64,000 bases of DNA from an uncultured delta proteobacterium (lineage in GTDB: Bacteria > Desulfobacterota > RBG-13-43-22). Below the pieces are notes generated by a model, which saw only the letters and a list, made by a program, of their open reading frames with translations, ran no database searches and was not told where the DNA came from. The DNA lies in NCBI GenBank assembly GCA_963843145.1, contig CAWJJC010000023.1, positions 82,700-146,699 on the forward strand, read 5' to 3'. Shown piece by piece: positions 31,765 to 41,159 of this stretch. Position numbers and translations under genes: made by a program. Positions within the stretch are counted from its first letter, which is position 1. Every line of letters begins with the position of its first letter.

Positions 31765-31887
31765 AAATATTTGAAATATTTTTTGCTGTAAAAAAAACCA
31801 CTTAACAGATTTAAAGATAACGTCTTTTAATTTAGATTCTTGCCTCCATGGTTAGAGATAAATTCTCAAAAGAATGGAGGTAAGAAT

Positions 31888-32307
31888 CTAAGCGCCGTGC
31901 CAATCTTCCAAGATCAACCCCGAGAAGTTGCCATAGTCTTTGCTATTTCTGGTCACCAGGGTTAATCCGTTGGTAACGGCGATCGCGGCGATCTGGCCAT
32001 CCACAAAGGACGGCGGCTTACCGGACAGGGATAGGCGGGCCCTTTCGAGGGCATGCCAGCGGGCGGCTTGTTCATCATAAGGGAGTATGGGCAGATTTCT
32101 TGAAATAACTTCTTCGAGAAACAGCTCCAGTATTTCCCTCTTTCGTGACTGAGGCATCTGGTAGCAACCAAACTGCAATTCATGCCAGACCGGTGCGGCC
32201 GTGACCAGCTCTTGTTGGTATTGCCGGCATCTTTCCTCCACCCCCCGGTCCGGATTGGGTTTAACCAATTCAGAAATAAAATTGGTATCTAAGAGGTATT
32301 TCATCAA
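31888..32307 (-). CDS. vapC: VapC PIN-domain toxin
   Basis: YLLDTNFISE, DGQIAAIA and LVTRN..DY motifs. Confidence 0.93.
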   Translation of the reverse strand: MMKYLLDTNFISELVKPNPDRGVEERCRQYQQELVTAAPVWHELQFGCYQMPQSRKREILELFLEEVISRNLPILPYDEQAARWHALERARLSLSGKPPSFVDGQIAAIAVTNGLTLVTRNSKDYGNFSGLILEDWHGA

Positions 32308-32585
32308 TCCAAGTCGACCGACCGGCCCACCGTATTGTCCCGAAGGTTGGACAAATCCCGATCTTCAATGACAATGCCCTCGGAGATCATAATGTTCCGA
32401 ACCTTTCCCAAGGCCTCCCAAAGCCCCTGGCCTTTCTGCTGCAACCTTTGGTAATCCCTTTGAGGAACCACCGCCGCCACAGCCCGGCCATGACGAGTGA
32501 TCTCCACGATGGAGCCCTGTTCCACTTCATGAATAATCGCCGGGAGCTTATTCTTGGCCTCAGCCACCGAAACCCTTCTGTTCAT
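32304..32585 (-). CDS. Phd/YefM-family antitoxin
   Basis: VAEAKNKL...ITRHGRAVA. Overlaps the vapC start. Confidence 0.92.
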   Translation of the reverse strand: MNRRVSVAEAKNKLPAIIHEVEQGSIVEITRHGRAVAAVVPQRDYQRLQQKGQGLWEALGKVRNIMISEGIVIEDRDLSNLRDNTVGRSVDLD

Positions 32586-32598
32586 CCCTCACCGCCTC

Positions 32599-33051
32599 TT
32601 TAGTACGAAAATAGAACCCGGCGCCACTCGGGCATTCATCAATAATTAATAATTAACAATTGATTATTAATATTAATGTCAAAAACTAAGGCTTATGTCT
32701 GCCCCTTTATTTTCATGCTTCGGGGTGCCCGCCCCGGGCATGGTGGTTTAGTACGAAAATACCGCCAGCCCCGGTCATTGCGAGCGGAGCGAAGCAATCC
32801 CCATCGACAGCCTAGGGGAACTCGGGAGCCAGTTGGGGGATTGCTTCGTCGCTCCACTTCTCGCAATGACGTCTTTGCTGGCTAGTCCGTGCATTTTCAT
32901 GCTTCGGGGGTGCCCCGCAGCGGGGCATGGGGGTTTAATTGGAAAATATTATAGCTATAATTATAGCCATGTCAAGTATTCTATGGAAGCATTCAGGATG
33001 TCCTGAGCCAATTCTTGGGGATTGCTTCGTCGCTTCACTCCTCGCAAAGAC
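32599..33051. repeat. Composite REP/MITE-like repeat nest
   Basis: TTTAGTACGAAAATA at 32599 and 32747. ATTTTCATGCTTCGGGG..GGGCATGG at 32709 and 32893. Inverted pair GTCATTGCGAG..GAAGCAATCC / GGATTGCTTCG..CTCGCAATGAC at 32774-32870. A further half copy at 33017-33051. Confidence 0.75.
32948..32975 (-). promoter_or_regulatory. Consensus sigma70 promoter with palindromic operator, probably for phd-vapC
   Basis: TTGACA-N16-TATAAT on the minus strand, with the perfect palindrome GCTATAATTATAGC (32954-32967) in the spacer. Confidence 0.7.
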
Positions 33052-33087
33052 AGATTGGGGAACTTTTTGCGGATCCAGCACCGTTTA

Positions 33088-34494
33088 TCAGCCGGCCTTT
33101 TTTATAAGCGATTCCTCGACCAGGCAGCTCAGATCCTTCATGACCAGCGGGGAATCCAGGGCCTTGATCCCCACCTGGAGCCCGGCGTAACAAAAGGGGC
33201 AGGCCGATATCAGTTCACTAGCCCCGGTAGCCTCCGCCTCCCTGACCCGCTCCTGGGCCATTTTGTTTTGAATATCCGGATAGCCTGACTTCAGACCGCC
33301 CCCGGCCCCGCAGCAGCGGGAGTAGGGACCGCTCCGGGACATCTCGACCAGTTCCAGCCCCGGAATGGCTTCCATGAGCACCCGCGGGTCCTCAAACACG
33401 CCACTGGCCCGTCCCAAATGGCAGGGATCGTGGTAGGTGACCTTTCGTTCCAACGGTTGAACAAAGGGCAGCTTTTTATCTTCCAGCAGTCGCCGGAGAA
33501 ATTCGACGGTATGGAGCACTTCAAAATTCAGCTTTCCCACCTTGGGGTAGTCTTCCTTGATGGTCTTGAAACAACCGGAACAGGAGCTGACCAGGGTCTG
33601 GATGCCCAGGGAATTGAGCTGCCGGATATTATCGCCGGCGATCCGTTCGAATTCCGGGTCCCCCATGCGCAGCAGCACGCTGCCGCAGCACTTTTCCTCT
33701 CCCCCCAGGACGCCGTAGTCGACTCCCAGGCTCTCCAGGATATTCAGGGTGCTGATAGCGATCTGTTTCACGTTGACGTCATAAACGGCCGTACATCCCA
33801 GGAAAAGCAGGGTCTTGGCCCCGGTCTTTTTGATCTCCCGCGGCGGGGCGATCAGGACATTGTCCTTCTGCGCCCGCCGGGCCCACTTGGTCCGACCGGC
33901 CCGAGGCTGCTGCCAGGGATTGTCGTAGGCCTTGACGCTTTTGACCAGGACCTTCTGCGGTTCCAGCGGCCCATAGCCGGCGGTGACGACCAGGCGGCGA
34001 ATGTCTTCCCAGAGGCTGACCGTATCGATGTTGGCCGGGCAGACAATCTGGCATTGCCCGCAGGTGGAGCATTCGTATAAATTTTGAACAAAGGCGTCGA
34101 TTTCCGGTTGGCCGATCTCCTGGTAGCGAAAAACAGCTCCCAAAAGTTTCTTGAGCGGCGCGCTTACCTTCTCCTGCTTCATGATCCGGGTCAGAAGCGA
34201 TCGTTGGGTTTTAACAATATGCAGAAAATCGGTGATCTTCTTCCGGGGGATGATCTGCTCCCGGGGGTCTTGGTCGTGCACGGGGCACCAGTTCAGGCAT
34301 TCGCCGCAACGGGTGCAGGCCTCGAGCTGAATCAACCGGGACGCGGACAGATTGAAAAGAGGGAGCTCCCGGATCGGCTCGGGACGCGCCTCGGTCACCG
34401 ATTCCTCCGGCTTCGATGGAATTGGCCCCATCGGTGATTTTTGGTCGACGGTTTCAACCAGAACTTCTTCGGTCATTATACTTTCTCGTAACAA
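33088..34494 (-). CDS. HdrD/GlpC-like Fe-S protein with two CCG domains
   Basis: CTRCGECLNWCP, CSTCGQCQIVCP, KCCG, YHDPCHLGR, RCCGAGGG and ACPFC motifs. Confidence 0.9.
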   Translation of the reverse strand: MLRESIMTEEVLVETVDQKSPMGPIPSKPEESVTEARPEPIRELPLFNLSASRLIQLEACTRCGECLNWCPVHDQDPREQIIPRKKITDFLHIVKTQRSLLTRIMKQEKVSAPLKKLLGAVFRYQEIGQPEIDAFVQNLYECSTCGQCQIVCPANIDTVSLWEDIRRLVVTAGYGPLEPQKVLVKSVKAYDNPWQQPRAGRTKWARRAQKDNVLIAPPREIKKTGAKTLLFLGCTAVYDVNVKQIAISTLNILESLGVDYGVLGGEEKCCGSVLLRMGDPEFERIAGDNIRQLNSLGIQTLVSSCSGCFKTIKEDYPKVGKLNFEVLHTVEFLRRLLEDKKLPFVQPLERKVTYHDPCHLGRASGVFEDPRVLMEAIPGLELVEMSRSGPYSRCCGAGGGLKSGYPDIQNKMAQERVREAEATGASELISACPFCYAGLQVGIKALDSPLVMKDLSCLVEESLIKKAG

Positions 34495-34750
34495 TCAACA
34501 TTTTGTAAAAATAGGGTCAAACTGCTCAGCCGAACGTTGGGGGGTGGGTGAATTCCCGAATCATCGACCCAACCGGCTTCACCCCCTCCCTAACCCTCGT
34601 CAAGGGGGAGGGAACAAGAAGCCGGCGGCGACATGGCCGCTGCCTTAATCGTCAGGCACTTTGGACACTTTAATTATTTCCATCCTGTACATCCAGTCGC
34701 CCAACCTTTGTCCTGCCTTGGTCTGTTTTGTCGGTGACAAAAAATCCAGG

Positions 34751-36268
34751 TTATCCCTTCTTCCTATATTGAGACACCAGGCTCAGCGGCGTCACGAAAA
34801 TATGCTTGAGCTTTCCGTAAGGCAAATAGGCCACCAGCAGCGCCCCCAGGACGGCGTGGGCATACCAGAAGTACACATAGGCAACAGGCCAGTCCGCCGG
34901 CAACCAGGCAAATAACCGGGAAAGCAGGTAGCCCACAAACGAATAGGCCGCCTTTCCCGGGGGAATCCCGGTTACCAGGATACGGGCGCCCTCCAGGAAA
35001 AACCCCACCAGCACCAGGGCCCCCAGAATGGCCAGGGCCCAGTTGTCTTTCCATTCACTAATGACCTGAGGGGGCTTCACGACCAACCGTTGAATGACCG
35101 AGGCCGCCAAACCCGCCAGGATGAACAGTCCCAGAAGGTCATTGGTCAGGGCCACGAAGGGATGGTTCTTGTCGATCAGGGCATAGGCCAGCACGCCGCC
35201 GGGTTTAAAAAAATAGGAAAAATGGGTCAACAAGGCCAGCCCGAACCGCAACAGGATGGCGTAGTAAATCAGGGAGTGGATGGACCAGCGTTTGACGCTC
35301 TCCTGCAGAATCCGCCGCTGGAGCAGCACATCAAAGAAGAACGTCTTGAGTAGGGCCCCGCATTCCCGGGAAAAGACAACGGACCAGGCCGCTTCCGATC
35401 CCAGGCTGATTTTTCGGTGGATCGATTTTTCCTCTCCCTGAACACTCCCGCTTATCCAGAACATCCCCGTCAACAGGAGACCCAGGCCAAAGAGGACCAA
35501 GGCCGCCCAGAAAATGGGATGCCCGACGGCGATCGGGGCATAGTGGCAGGGCAGGCAGAGCAGGCTTTTCGCAGGTAGGACCGCCGCTGCCGCCCCCACT
35601 TTATTCCCCGGCACATGGCAACGTTGACAGAACTCCGTACTTCGGGTATCCGGCAGGCGATGGTCGGTCAGCGCCATGGGGCTCCCCCAGGCATCGAGCC
35701 GGGAAAGAACCACCCGGTCTATGGATTTATTGAGTACCACCGCCTTTGACTGCCGGTGGCAGGCCTGGCAGCTTACCCGCAGATGGGGATCATGGGCCGC
35801 GCCTTCCCCGTGGACCGTATGGCAGGAGAGGCACTGGGCCCCCACCCGGGTCCGATGCGGCGAGCGGGCCACGTCGGTATGACAGGCCAGACAGGCCACC
35901 ATCCGGTGGCGGTTGCCGACAAAGGATTCGGGGGTTACCTGCAAGGAGACCGCGGTTTCGCCCCAGCTTCGTTTCAGGCCTTCCCGGGCGTGACACTCGA
36001 AACACAGGGCTTGGATAGCCAGGGCCCCTTCATTACTCTGGATGTTCGGCCGGCGGTGGCAATCCAGGCAGACCCGTTCCTTTCCCTCCGCCATGACCGG
36101 CATGGAAACCGGCGCCTCCGCCCACCCGCTCCGAACTCCCAGGACGCACCCGAGCACAGCCGTCAGCAGCAGGAACCCCAGTAGATTTTTTATATCTTTT
36201 TTTTGCATTTTGAAATTTACGCTTGGCCTTTGAACTATCGATTCCTCTCCTGCTGCACTTCTTCCCAC
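34751..36268 (-). CDS. Heptaheme cytochrome c fused to a NarI/DsrM-like membrane cytochrome b
   Basis: Seven CxxCH motifs, then TM helices with HSLIYY, GFFLEG and HA...YLPYGKLKHIF. The real start is probably MQKKDIK. Confidence 0.85.
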   Translation of the reverse strand: MGRSAAGEESIVQRPSVNFKMQKKDIKNLLGFLLLTAVLGCVLGVRSGWAEAPVSMPVMAEGKERVCLDCHRRPNIQSNEGALAIQALCFECHAREGLKRSWGETAVSLQVTPESFVGNRHRMVACLACHTDVARSPHRTRVGAQCLSCHTVHGEGAAHDPHLRVSCQACHRQSKAVVLNKSIDRVVLSRLDAWGSPMALTDHRLPDTRSTEFCQRCHVPGNKVGAAAAVLPAKSLLCLPCHYAPIAVGHPIFWAALVLFGLGLLLTGMFWISGSVQGEEKSIHRKISLGSEAAWSVVFSRECGALLKTFFFDVLLQRRILQESVKRWSIHSLIYYAILLRFGLALLTHFSYFFKPGGVLAYALIDKNHPFVALTNDLLGLFILAGLAASVIQRLVVKPPQVISEWKDNWALAILGALVLVGFFLEGARILVTGIPPGKAAYSFVGYLLSRLFAWLPADWPVAYVYFWYAHAVLGALLVAYLPYGKLKHIFVTPLSLVSQYRKKG

Positions 36269-36939
36269 TCCCCCGGGTGCTCGTGTTCCATCCTCTCCGG
36301 AGTGGTCTTCCCGTTGAAAATGGATTTGTCCAGCGGATAGACCTCCGGACGCAGATGGGCGGTCACCCCATGCACCACGAATTTCAAGGCCACGGCCAAC
36401 AGGGCTTCATAGAGATGAAGAACCCGGGCCAGGTTGATAAAATATCCGGGCATCCACCCGCTGAAAAACACCGGAAACCAGAGCACCAGCCCGGTCAGGC
36501 CCATGGTGTTCATCCCCACCAGCATGGCCCAATAATCCAGTTTCTCCCAGTAGGTGAACCGGTTAAATCGCGGCGGGCGGCCTTTCCCCAGAAAGTATTT
36601 GATATGGGCCAGGAGATCCTTCAGATCTTGGCTTCCGGGAAAGGCCGATTGGGGCCCGGTCAGGCGCCCTTTTAACACGCCCTTGAAATAGATCAGCCAA
36701 CCCAGATGGATCACCACCCCGCTGTAGGTGATCACCGCCCAGAAGCGGTGCCAGTATCCGGTCCAACCCGGGCCACCCCATAGGCCGACGATCCACTGGG
36801 CCCAGGCCTGGGAACTGAATTTAAGGGGAAAACCGGTCAGGGCCAGGCCGATAAACCCCACCATGATGACCCAGTGCAGCAGGCGGTGAATAACCGGAAA
36901 CCGGATCAACGAATGGTTTTCCTGACGGTTGACGGTCAT
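36235..36939 (-). CDS. FdnI-like cytochrome b/b6 membrane subunit
   Basis: Starts MTVNRQ (ATGA overlap). RF..IHRLLHW, LTGFPLKF, HRFWA, RFTYWEKLDYWA and LHLYEALLA motifs. Confidence 0.88.
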   Translation of the reverse strand: MTVNRQENHSLIRFPVIHRLLHWVIMVGFIGLALTGFPLKFSSQAWAQWIVGLWGGPGWTGYWHRFWAVITYSGVVIHLGWLIYFKGVLKGRLTGPQSAFPGSQDLKDLLAHIKYFLGKGRPPRFNRFTYWEKLDYWAMLVGMNTMGLTGLVLWFPVFFSGWMPGYFINLARVLHLYEALLAVALKFVVHGVTAHLRPEVYPLDKSIFNGKTTPERMEHEHPGEWEEVQQERNR

Positions 36940-37793
36940 GGCCGGCGCCTTTTCAGTTTTTCGTGCAGCTCCCGCAGCAACCAGATAAAACTGTGTCCAT
37001 AGAAAAAAGCCACCAACGTGATGACCAGTACCAGCATAACCAGGGTCACCGTTTGGATCACTCCGACCCGTGATTTCTGATCCCGGTCTTTTTCGGTCAA
37101 GCCCCGGGTGGTGGCGTGGATGACAAAGGTGGCGAACTGTTCGCGGGCCTGGGGGTGGCAGCGTTGACAGGCCTCCAGGGCAGCCTTTTGGTCTTTCAAG
37201 GACAGGCACTGATGGGCCCCGTGGCAGTCGGTGCAGTAAGCGGAGTTGATCTTTCCTAGATAGACGCCCTTTTTCCCATGGGAATTTTCCAGGTAGGAGG
37301 CCGCTTGGGCCGGATGGCAGGAACCGCAGGTAGCGGTCATCTCCCGCCCGAGTTCGAGTCGCGACCGGTGGGCCTTCCCATAATGGGAGGAATGGCAATT
37401 CCCGCAGGTGGGGGCCGGGGATTTCTTGGGGTCGACCGGCGTTCCGGCGAGGGCTTCGGCTTTTTCTTTCTGCAGGGCCTGGGCGTGGACGCCGGACAGA
37501 GTGCGCTTATATCCCGGACGATGGCAAGTTTGGCAGCGGCTGTACTCATAGACCCGGGAGGCCTCCCTTTGGAGGAAGCGGGGATCGCCGGCCTCCGGAT
37601 GGACCTTCCCCGGCTCTTTCATGTTTCCGTGACAGGCTTCACAGTTCATCGTCCCGTGGGCCGAACCTGAAAAACGGCTGAGATCAATGAACCAAGTGGC
37701 GTCGGGGGGAAGCGCATTGGCCTGGAGCGAGGACACCGCCAGCAGGCTGCCGATAATAAGAATTAGGCTGAAGCGAACTCGCGCCGCATTCAT
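36936..37793 (-). CDS. Hexaheme cytochrome c with C-terminal membrane anchor
   Basis: Signal peptide. CEACH, CQTCH, CGNCH, CGSCH, CTDCH and CQRCH. C-terminal TM helix. Confidence 0.9.
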   Translation of the reverse strand: MNAARVRFSLILIIGSLLAVSSLQANALPPDATWFIDLSRFSGSAHGTMNCEACHGNMKEPGKVHPEAGDPRFLQREASRVYEYSRCQTCHRPGYKRTLSGVHAQALQKEKAEALAGTPVDPKKSPAPTCGNCHSSHYGKAHRSRLELGREMTATCGSCHPAQAASYLENSHGKKGVYLGKINSAYCTDCHGAHQCLSLKDQKAALEACQRCHPQAREQFATFVIHATTRGLTEKDRDQKSRVGVIQTVTLVMLVLVITLVAFFYGHSFIWLLRELHEKLKRRRP

Positions 37794-38970
37794 AGGGCGG
37801 CATTTCTCCTGGTCTCGAAATAAACGCCCAGAAAATCCCTGGATAAGGCCGTTAATTGGTGGAAGATCTCCTCCGCCAGCGAGGTGGTCTCCTCTTTTCG
37901 ATCCAGATGATTTTTCAGCCGACGTACGGTTTCGGTTAGGGATCGAGCGGTTTCAATCACCCCCTGGGACCGTTCCGGAATAATCAGACGGCCGACCTTT
38001 TCCAGGGGTACCAGGCGCTTCCAAAGGGCCTCCAGAAATACCCGCATCTTCAGGGGCTCGTAGGCCTTTGTGCCGATCTTCCAGACAATGGGGACCTGTT
38101 CGATCCCCGAAACGACGATCCGGGCGTTGCTTAATTCCCTTTTGACCGCCCGATTCCATTCGCCGGCCGAACGGCGTTCGAGGACCGTCCTCTCCTCGGC
38201 AGGCCGATCCGCTGGGCCGGAATTTTTGGGCTGCTCGAACCCGATCGTATCGATCAGCAGTTGATTGGCTTTATGGAAATAGGGATGTTCCAGGTGGGGC
38301 CCGCACAGATAGAAGGATCCGGATCCCATCCTTTTTCGAATCACCGCCGCCTTCCCGATCAGGGTTTCCCGGGCCAGTGCTTGATCGACCAGAAAAACCG
38401 TTTTCTCGGTAAACCCGCTGTAATAGGCCAAGGGTTCAACGGGGTCGCTGGCCAGCATGGCCGGCCCGCCGTAAAGGGGTGCCGGAAAGGTGCCGGCCCC
38501 GGCAAAGGGCGCCTGGCCGTTGGCGGAAATCCGGACCGCCTCTCGAACCGGGTGAAAAATAAAGGAGCACCCATAGGGGAGGCTGAACTTTTCCTTGAAT
38601 CTCCGGGGTTCGGGCAGCACCGCGGTCAGGTTGTTGATCCGGGCCTCGACAAAATTGAACCGGTCCAGGGGTTTCTTCGACGACCGCAAAGGCAGGTAGG
38701 CCCCGGCGCAGGAACCCAGATAAAGTCCCCCCCCCGGACCCAGTCTTCTATCCGGGAGGCCCCCTCCACCCCCAACCCTTCGGCCAGGGCGAAGGTGTCC
38801 CCTCCGGAAAGGGCCAGAACACTCACCCGGTTCAAAGCGCCGGCCCTGATCAGGTCCTCGTTCAAAAAGGACAGATCAAAAAGGCCGAAGCGTTCGAAAA
38901 GGTCCACAAACCAGAGCCAGGAATGGGAACTGCCGCGTCCGGTGTAGATGGCTATCGAAGGGGGTTTCAA
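37790..38970 (-). CDS. BPL-N (class I glutamine amidotransferase-like) domain protein, frameshifted at a G/C run near 38730
   Basis: IAIYTGRG, LSGGD, reconstructed GGLYLGSCAGAYL, YGGP and GPHLE motifs. Confidence 0.75.
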
Positions 38971-39099
38971 ATCAAGACCTTGTTCCTAATAGCGACATAA
39001 ATAAATGGAAAGGCTATTTAATCTCCAATTCACCCACCCCCCAACGTTCAGGACGCCCTTCGGCCCTGATCTCAAAGCCGAAGAGCTGACGTCGAAGGT

Positions 39100-39255
39100 C
39101 CCCTCCCTTGGAGGGAGGGGGTGAGGTTTCGGTGATTTGTAATTTGGTCATTTGAGTTTGTTTCGGCCTGCGACGAGCCCTTCGACAAGCTCAGGGCCTT
39201 GAGTTTACCGAAAGGCTCAGCCGAGTCGATTTCGTGCTTCGAATTTCAGATTTAA
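39100..39255. repeat. REP-like hairpins and heptamer repeats
   Basis: CCCTCCCTTGGAGGGAGGG, GCCCTTCGACAAGCTCAGGGC and degenerate TTTCG/TTTG heptamer runs. A related hairpin lies at about 34580-34612. Confidence 0.55.
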
Positions 39256-39297
39256 GGATCACCCCGGATTTCATGAATCAACAGATTTTGGGACTGG

Positions 39298-40605
39298 TTA
39301 ACAAATGTCTCCTATCACCTGTTCCAGTATCTCCGAGGTAAACTCCATCCCGGTCCCGATGCCCGCCAGTTCCAGTAATTTTTCCTCACTCAGTTCCGGC
39401 GCCATTAGCGCAAAGATGGGGTGAATCCCGAAGATATACGCCAGGGCTTGCCGGCGCACCCACCAGCCCTCATCGGCCGGCACTCCGAAGTCGACGAAGA
39501 TCGGCTTCAGGGGCACCCCGGGACTGAAGGGGGTCGGTCCCACACCTTCCGGCGTTCCCTGCAGCCCCGGCAGCGACTTAAGAATGCCCTCCGCCTCTTT
39601 TTGACCGGACTTCAGGCTCAGTTCCGAAACGGCCGCCGGGTCGATTCCCGCTCGGGCACAGGCCTTCATTATCCGGCCGGAATCAAGGGCCGAAAGGCCC
39701 ATTTTCTGAAACCCGATCATCCCGTAAAGATCGGTTAATAAAAAGCCCGGCTCCCCCTTTTCCGGTTCCTCCAGCCTTCGAGGATCTTCATCCAGAAAAA
39801 GAAAAGTATTGGTAGCATAGGGCGTGTTGAAACAGGACTTGTGACGGTGAATGACCGGGACCAGCCACTCGGCCGTTGGGCCTTCCCCCAGGGCGGCCGC
39901 CATTTCCGCGATCCCCTTTTTACCGGCCCAAGGGCCCTGCTTCACGTTGGTCAGCAGGTCCCGACATGCTTCGATGAACGCCTCGGGGTCGGCTAATTCC
40001 AGCAGACCCATGCCTCGGACGGCTATCCCCTTCAATTTTTTTTCTCCGAACCGGCCGCCGAAGCCCCATCGATCCCCGCTGCCCCAGTAATTGTTGATGA
40101 GCTGGCCCAGGGAAGACCCGGCTTCACCGGACGGCCCGATGGCCAATACCTGGATGAGGTCATCCCCTAACGTCTGGCGGATGCCATCCGTAACCGTCCA
40201 GGTATCCTGGCCCCACAATTCTTCGGCCGGTTGAATATCCAGGATACCGTCGTGGAGCCACAGATACACCGGCTTGGCCGAGGCCCCTTTGATGACCAGA
40301 TAATCAAAACCCGAAAACTTGAATTCCATACCCATATATAATGTCAAGGGGGCATGGGCGATTTTTCCGGTCAGGGGACTCTTGGCGGTTACCAACCCCA
40401 GGGCCGCCCCTGGAACCAGGGTCCCGGTCAACAACCCGGATCCAATTACGATAGGATCTTCCTTCTCAAAGCGCCGATATAATTGGGTGGTAATGCCGGC
40501 ACCGCCGATCTTTTCCTGAACCAGACTGTTTTCCAGTTCTTCTTCGATCACCTCGGCTTTTCCTAAATCTACGATGGCGATTTTATTCGCAGCTAAGTAT
40601 TCCAT
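39298..40605 (-). CDS. Aldehyde:ferredoxin oxidoreductase-like protein (N-terminal domain intact, shortened and degenerate C-terminus)
   Basis: IGGAG, GLLTGT, AKSPLTG, GFDYLVIKGASAKPVYL, IGPSGE and G..FGEKKLKGIAVRG motifs. Confidence 0.8.
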   Translation of the reverse strand: MEYLAANKIAIVDLGKAEVIEEELENSLVQEKIGGAGITTQLYRRFEKEDPIVIGSGLLTGTLVPGAALGLVTAKSPLTGKIAHAPLTLYMGMEFKFSGFDYLVIKGASAKPVYLWLHDGILDIQPAEELWGQDTWTVTDGIRQTLGDDLIQVLAIGPSGEAGSSLGQLINNYWGSGDRWGFGGRFGEKKLKGIAVRGMGLLELADPEAFIEACRDLLTNVKQGPWAGKKGIAEMAAALGEGPTAEWLVPVIHRHKSCFNTPYATNTFLFLDEDPRRLEEPEKGEPGFLLTDLYGMIGFQKMGLSALDSGRIMKACARAGIDPAAVSELSLKSGQKEAEGILKSLPGLQGTPEGVGPTPFSPGVPLKPIFVDFGVPADEGWWVRRQALAYIFGIHPIFALMAPELSEEKLLELAGIGTGMEFTSEILEQVIGDIC

Positions 40606-40617
40606 GGGATTTCTCCT

Positions 40618-40968
40618 TTAATCTAAATAAATGGCGTCCACCGGGCAGAACTGCAGGCACAAGGGACCCCCTTCGCGGTCCTGGCAGAGGTCGCAGGGTT
40701 CACGAAGCAGCATGGGTTTGGCTGAGGCATCCCCCTTGGATTTTTCATCGACTTCACCGATTTTTTTAACCTCCAGCCCTTCCGGCCGGGCAATGACCAG
40801 GTTTTCCTCTTCTTTCAGAATGACCCCAAAATAATCTTTTTTTTCTTTGGTCCGGTAGGTGACGATGCAAGCCGAGAGCAAGGCAAAGGCATCGTCCCGA
40901 TGATACCCGCAGGCCATCTCGCAGGCCATGCAGGCCGTACATTTTAACGGATCGATTTTGACTCCCAT
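40618..40968 (-). CDS. 4Fe-4S ferredoxin-type subunit
   Basis: CTACMACEMAC and CDLC...CLQFCPVDAI motifs. Confidence 0.85.
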   Translation of the reverse strand: MGVKIDPLKCTACMACEMACGYHRDDAFALLSACIVTYRTKEKKDYFGVILKEEENLVIARPEGLEVKKIGEVDEKSKGDASAKPMLLREPCDLCQDREGGPLCLQFCPVDAIYLD

Positions 40969-41159
40969 GTCAGGTCTCCTTTGACGGACTTTTTACCAGT
41001 CGATAAATTTATGGAACATTTATATAAAAGGTCTATTAAAAAAGTCAAACAAAAACAGTATAAAAAATATAATTATTATGATATTTCACTTGACACCGCC
41101 GTTTTCCTTTGTCTAAGATAGCCGCGAAAGCCTACCCCAATAAATCAGGAAGGTTCCCT

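Noticed and set aside
32599-33051. CRISPR array or integron attC cassette array
   Set aside because: The repeats are of several types with irregular spacing, and no cas or intI gene is in the window.
36940-37398. 153-aa N-terminal extension of the cytochrome b ORF
   Set aside because: It is an alternative frame over the hexaheme cytochrome gene. The ATGA-coupled start at 36939 fits better.
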